Assembly: GCA_027335685.1 (NCBI GenBank)
Contig: DAHWHN010000046.1
Location: 1-44,657 of the forward strand
Source of the DNA: Acidimicrobiaceae bacterium
GTDB taxonomy: Bacteria > Actinomycetota > Acidimicrobiia > Acidimicrobiales > Bog-793
Direction: 5' to 3'
Length of the DNA: 44,657 nucleotides
This document shows, one piece after another, positions 40,797-44,657 of the stretch. A model generated the notes under the pieces. The model did not search any database. It was given only the letters and a program-made list of their open reading frames with translations, and had not been told where the DNA came from. Position numbers and translations under genes: made by a program. Position 1 is the stretch's first letter. Each line of letters starts with the position of its first letter.

Positions 40797-42685
40797 GCCG
40801 CCGCCTCTTTGCCCTAGCGCTGGCCTGGGCGCTTCTTCTCGGCGGCTCCGCCGGTGTCGTCGCGCTCACGGCGTCGACGACAGCCGGCGCGGCATCGGTG
40901 TCCGCACCGCGTGGCGGACCCGGAGCCGCGTCGACGACGACGGACCCGGCTCCTCGTGGCGCGGTGGTCGGGAGTGGCAGCGTCACCTCGGGGTCCGGCA
41001 GCACGGTGACGATCGCGGTCCCGAGCATCCCGGCGAGCTTCGACGACCTGACACCGGCCGGCAGCGGGCGGGTCGCGCAGATGATCACCGAGCAGGTGCT
41101 GCCGCGCCCGTTCGTCGTCGGCCCGAGCCTCCAGCCGATCCTCGACTCGAACTTCGTCACCTCCGCGTACCTGACCTCGCTCAGCCCGCAGACCATCGTC
41201 TACACCATCGCTTCGGGGGCCCGGTGGTCCGACGGCTTGCCGGTCACCGCGTCCGACTTCTCCTACTTCTGGCACGCCCAGCTCGCTGCTGGTGCGACGC
41301 TGCCGGCGGACGACCCGGTGACGGGCTACCAGGACATCGCGTCGGTGACCGGGTCGAACGGCGGCCGGACCGTCACGGTCGTGTTCACCCAGCCGTACTC
41401 GGACTGGGAGGCGCTCTTCGCCGGCCTGTTGCCGGCGCAGGTCGCCGAGAGCAGCGGTCCAGCGGCCTTTGCGGCGTCGCGCCGGGCCGGCTATGTCTCG
41501 GCGGGGCCCTACGAGATCGCGTCGGTCGTGCCGGGCGTCGAGGTCGTGCTCGAGCGGAACCGCGCGTACTGGGGCCCACCGGCCCACGTGCAGACGATCG
41601 TGTTCCGGGTCGTGCGTGGCGACCGTGCCGTGCTCGCCGCGCTCGGGAGCGGCGCGGTCGACATCGGCCAGGTGACGCCGGGTCGGGCGGAGTCGAGCCT
41701 CGTCGGGGACGCGGCGGGGGCCCTGACGTCCGAGACGGCGCTCGGCCCGGTGCTCTGGCAGCTCGTGTTCAACCTCGCGCGCCCGGCACTCGCGCCGCCC
41801 GCCGCGCGCCGCGCGATCGGCACGGCGATCGACCGCAACGAAGTGCTCGCGGACAGTGCCGGCCTGCTGTTCGCCGACACCCCGCGCAGCGACAACCGCC
41901 TCTACGCCGCAGGCGAGGCGAACAGCGTCGGGCACGGTGCCGCGTACCGGTACGCGAACGGCTCGGAGGCCGACAGCATGCTCTCGACGCTCGGCTACAC
42001 GGTCGCCACGAACGGCATGCTGCTCACGCCGGCCGGCAAGCCGTTCGTGCTCACCCTCGACGTCCCGTCGGGCAACCCGACGATCGCGACGGCCGCCGGG
42101 CTCATCCAGGCCGAGCTGCTCCAGGCGGGCATCGCCGTCGTCCTACGGCAGGTGGCGGAGTCGCAGCTGCTCGGCAGCGTCCTGCCGAGCGGCGGCTACG
42201 AGATGGCCCTCGCTCCCTACCCGGTGCTCGCCTTCCCGTCCGAGACCGAGATCCTCTACACCGACCCGGTGGGGCCGACTCCGCTCGAGTCGGCGGTCCC
42301 GGGTGCGGCGACACCGACGACCCTGCCCGGAACGCTTCCCGCGGCGACGAAGGCGGTCGATGCCGAGAGCGGCGCGGTCGTGTCGGGCACGGTGAGCCGG
42401 GACGTGCTCGGCTTCAACGACCCGGTCGTGACGGCGCTCTACGGCCGAGCCATCGCCCAGCAGGCGCCCCTGCCGGCGGCGAGCGCCTACAACGCCGTCG
42501 ACGCGCGCCTGTGGTTCGACCTCCCGACCCTCCCGTTGTTCCAGATGCCGGTCACGCTCGTCTCGAGCTCCGACATCATCGGCGTCGCGAACACCGACAC
42601 GCCCGTCGGTCCGCTCTGGAACGCCCAGGACTGGGTCGTCGAGACCGTGACGCCGTCGGTGACGTCGACGGCCGGGACCAGCTGA
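40787..42685 (+). CDS. Family 5 (OppA/DppA-like) extracellular solute-binding protein
   Basis: Hydrophobic N-terminus; ARWSDGLPVTASDF, SAGPY, LERN..YWG, LVFN, RRAIGTAIDR, IQAELLQAGI. Confidence 0.88.
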   Translation: MGLSRRLFALALAWALLLGGSAGVVALTASTTAGAASVSAPRGGPGAASTTTDPAPRGAVVGSGSVTSGSGSTVTIAVPSIPASFDDLTPAGSGRVAQMITEQVLPRPFVVGPSLQPILDSNFVTSAYLTSLSPQTIVYTIASGARWSDGLPVTASDFSYFWHAQLAAGATLPADDPVTGYQDIASVTGSNGGRTVTVVFTQPYSDWEALFAGLLPAQVAESSGPAAFAASRRAGYVSAGPYEIASVVPGVEVVLERNRAYWGPPAHVQTIVFRVVRGDRAVLAALGSGAVDIGQVTPGRAESSLVGDAAGALTSETALGPVLWQLVFNLARPALAPPAARRAIGTAIDRNEVLADSAGLLFADTPRSDNRLYAAGEANSVGHGAAYRYANGSEADSMLSTLGYTVATNGMLLTPAGKPFVLTLDVPSGNPTIATAAGLIQAELLQAGIAVVLRQVAESQLLGSVLPSGGYEMALAPYPVLAFPSETEILYTDPVGPTPLESAVPGAATPTTLPGTLPAATKAVDAESGAVVSGTVSRDVLGFNDPVVTALYGRAIAQQAPLPAASAYNAVDARLWFDLPTLPLFQMPVTLVSSSDIIGVANTDTPVGPLWNAQDWVVETVTPSVTSTAGTS

Positions 42686-42819
42686 CCGGTGCCGAGGTGC
42701 TGCGGCACCGCCCCGGCGCGTGGTGGCGGCGCGGGGGGACGGCGTGTCCCCGGCGGCGCGGGGCGTCCCCGGCGGCGCGCTAATCTCCGTGTGCTCGATC
42801 GGCACGACCGATGGAGCTG

Positions 42820-44325
42820 TCACGTCGGAGTGGCGGAATAGGCAGACGCGCTAGCTTGAGGGGCTAGTGCCCGAAAGGGCGTGGGGGTTCGAGTCCCCCC
42901 TCCGACACCAGCAATCTGCGACTGTCGTCCACCGAGCCCCACCTCGTCGAGCCGGACGTTGAGCGAGGGCACGCCGTGGATGCGAACCTCCAGGTGGTCC
43001 GGGCAGACGACGACCGCCTCGACCAGCTCCTCGACGAGGACGCGCCGCTCCGCATCGGTGGCGCCGTCCCACATCACGTCGAGGTCGAGCTCGCGTAGAA
43101 GAGCGGCGGCCTGCTCGAAGCGCTCGGCCAGCTCGTTCGCGTGGCTTGCTTCGCTCGCGACACCTGCCACCTCGGCGCGCACGGCCTCGATGCTGCGCGT
43201 GAGGGACTGCTCCTGCTCCCCGAACAGCTCGGCACTGATCCTGTCTGCGTAGTACAGCTCGAGGAGCTTGCGTCGCCGTTCCGTAAGATCGGCGAGCGCG
43301 GCCGCCGGCCGTTGTCCGGGCGAGCGACGGCCCTGGCGGTCCGTCCGCTCGCCCTGGACCAGCTGTCGACGGATCGCATCCCGTAGCTCGTCGTCACGGG
43401 AGACGAGTCGCAGCCCGAGCCGCGCAGCGCGGTGCAGCCCGATGTTCGTGCGTCTCGGCTGAGCACAGCCACGACCACGTGAGCGGCACCGGTACATGGA
43501 TCGCCCGTCGCCGTTCGTCTCGATGGCCATGCGCTTGCCGCACAGGCCGCACAGCACACGACCTGACAGGAGGTCGCCGCCGCGTCGTCGACCGGGCACG
43601 TGTCCCCGGTGCGCGGCATCGAACTCCTCGGACGTGACGAGTGCCTCGTGGTGACCGGGGAACCACTCGCCGTTGAGCACGACCTCGCCGAGGTAGATGC
43701 GCGAGTCGAGGATCGCTCCGACGGTCGAGTACTTGATCCCGGTGCGCTCCTCGATGCGGCGCTGGCTCAATCCCTCGGCCCGCAACCGGAAGACCTCGCG
43801 GACGAGGGGAGCATCGCTGTTCGCGACGAGCTCGCCCTCGACGAGGTCGTAGCCGGTCTTCGGTCGGTTCAACCACTTGCCCTCGCGTACCGCCTGGTGC
43901 ATGCCCATGCGAACGTTCTCGGCGAGCTGCTCCCGATAGAACTGGGCGAAGGATCCGAGGATGTTGTAGAACATCCGCCCAGTCGCTGACGAGAGGTCGA
44001 TCTTCTCCGTGAACGAGTGCAGCGCGACCCCGGCCGCACCGAAGGTGTCGGCGAGCTCGATCAAGTCGCCAAGGTTGCGCGAGAGCCGGTCGAGCCGCCA
44101 AGTGAGCACGTGAGCGACGTGGCCGGCTCGGACCATGGCGAGAAGCTGCTGCAGACCCGGGCGGTCGGTGTCCTTGCCTGACCGGCCGGGATCGGCGACG
44201 ACCGTGACCGGCCCGAGCTCATGGAGCTCCGCGTAGCTCCTGAGCTTGTCCGCCTGGCCCTCTATCGAGAAGCCCTCCGCCGCCTGCTCCTCGGTCGAGA
44301 CCCGGCAATAGGCCACGGTCAGCAT
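42820..44325 (-). CDS. Large serine recombinase (integrase)
   Basis: YCRVSTEEQ (catalytic Ser), SGK..RPGL, RLDRLSR, recombinase domain (GYDL..IYLG), zinc ribbon LLSGRVLCGLCG..YRC..GC, coiled coil; SD AAGGAG. Confidence 0.95.
   Translation of the reverse strand: MLTVAYCRVSTEEQAAEGFSIEGQADKLRSYAELHELGPVTVVADPGRSGKDTDRPGLQQLLAMVRAGHVAHVLTWRLDRLSRNLGDLIELADTFGAAGVALHSFTEKIDLSSATGRMFYNILGSFAQFYREQLAENVRMGMHQAVREGKWLNRPKTGYDLVEGELVANSDAPLVREVFRLRAEGLSQRRIEERTGIKYSTVGAILDSRIYLGEVVLNGEWFPGHHEALVTSEEFDAAHRGHVPGRRRGGDLLSGRVLCGLCGKRMAIETNGDGRSMYRCRSRGRGCAQPRRTNIGLHRAARLGLRLVSRDDELRDAIRRQLVQGERTDRQGRRSPGQRPAAALADLTERRRKLLELYYADRISAELFGEQEQSLTRSIEAVRAEVAGVASEASHANELAERFEQAAALLRELDLDVMWDGATDAERRVLVEELVEAVVVCPDHLEVRIHGVPSLNVRLDEVGLGGRQSQIAGVGGGTRTPTPFRALAPQASASAYSATPT
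42824..42910 (+). tRNA. tRNA-Leu(GAG) with encoded CCA
   Basis: GTCGGAG/CTCCGAC acceptor stem, CTAGC-TTGAGGG-GCTAG anticodon arm, long variable arm, GGTTCGAGTCC, ACCA end; TAATCT -10 at 42781. Confidence 0.97.
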
Positions 44326-44416
44326 CACGGCTCTCCTTCTCCGCTCGTCCTCCGGTCAGCCGGAGCGCGATCCGCACGAGGATGTCGGCGACGCGACCGT
44401 AGTCCGGCTCGGTCAC
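44219..44416 (-). CDS. Small hypothetical ORF (65 aa) overlapping the integrase start
   Basis: GTG overlaps the stop of the upstream ORF (GTGA); amphipathic helix YGRVADILVRIALRL. Confidence 0.4.
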   Translation of the reverse strand: MTEPDYGRVADILVRIALRLTGGRAEKESRDADRGLLPGLDRGAGGGGLLDRGPGGQAQELRGAP

Positions 44417-44655
44417 CGGATCGCGTCCTGTCGTCGACGTGCAGCCACCCGGGACGCGAAAGCCTCGCCGCGCTCTCGCTCGTAGCCCTTCAGATGCCTC
44501 GCAAGCGCACTGCATGCTGCATCGGGACTTTCGTTGCCCGTGAGCGCAGCGAAGGCGACGACGTAGCCGTTGAGCGCCGGCATGAGCTTGCGCAGCGATC
44601 CGGCGACCTTGCCCGCGTAGACGCGCTCGATCCCGGCTCGGTCCTCCGCGATGCG
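44413..44655 (-). CDS. C-terminal 80 aa of an element-encoded protein (possibly a replication initiator), truncated by window end
   Basis: Open frame RIAEDRAGIERVYAGKVAGSLRKLMPALNGYVVAFAALTG...ERGEAFASRVAARRRQDAIR*, read by hand and absent from the ORF track; function is a guess. Confidence 0.6.
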   Translation of the reverse strand, partial: RIAEDRAGIERVYAGKVAGSLRKLMPALNGYVVAFAALTGNESPDAACSALARHLKGYERERGEAFASRVAARRRQDAIR

Positions 44656-44657
44656 TG

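Larger units (their letters stand above)
42911..44657. mobile_element. Edge of an integrative element at the 3' end of tRNA-Leu(GAG)
   Basis: Integrase directly abuts the tRNA 3' end; more A/T-ending codons than in the flanking genes (judged by eye); element continues past the window. Confidence 0.8.

Overview
High-GC actinobacterial chromosome segment, most consistent with class Acidimicrobiia (inferred from gene order and protein style). It is mostly core housekeeping. From the left: fmt(partial)-rpe-hisG-CSD-like gene, a divergent DUF1844-like gene, infC-rpmI-rplT-trmH-pheS-pheT, then a minus-strand type II fatty-acid synthesis cluster (fabD-fabH-fabG-acpP-fabF) followed by an ABC1/UbiB kinase, an SGNH hydrolase and a hypothetical gene. 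Next come a second, divergent ABC1/UbiB kinase, arfB, tRNA-Leu(CAA), an OSBS/NAAAR enolase, a PdtaR-type ANTAR regulator, a DtxR-family regulator, polA-rpsA-coaE(frameshifted)-uvrB-uvrA-smr-uvrC-methyltransferase-rapZ-yvcK-gap-pgk-tpiA-secG, an orphan family-5 solute-binding protein and tRNA-Leu(GAG). The last ~1.75 kb is the edge of an integrated element carrying a large serine recombinase whose reading frame runs antisense through the whole tRNA gene. Best leads: (1) this tRNA-associated serine integrase, whose C-terminus is supplied by the host tRNA; (2) FabD fused to a lysine-less biotinyl/lipoyl-like domain, in a FAS-II cluster bracketed by two UbiB kinases; (3) a structured L20-leader-like RNA plus an ATC start for infC, with further probable ATC/CTG starts nearby; (4) a standalone Smr gene between uvrA and uvrC; (5) pervasive leaderless promoters. 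All calls come from reading the sequence and recognising motifs; no searches were run.
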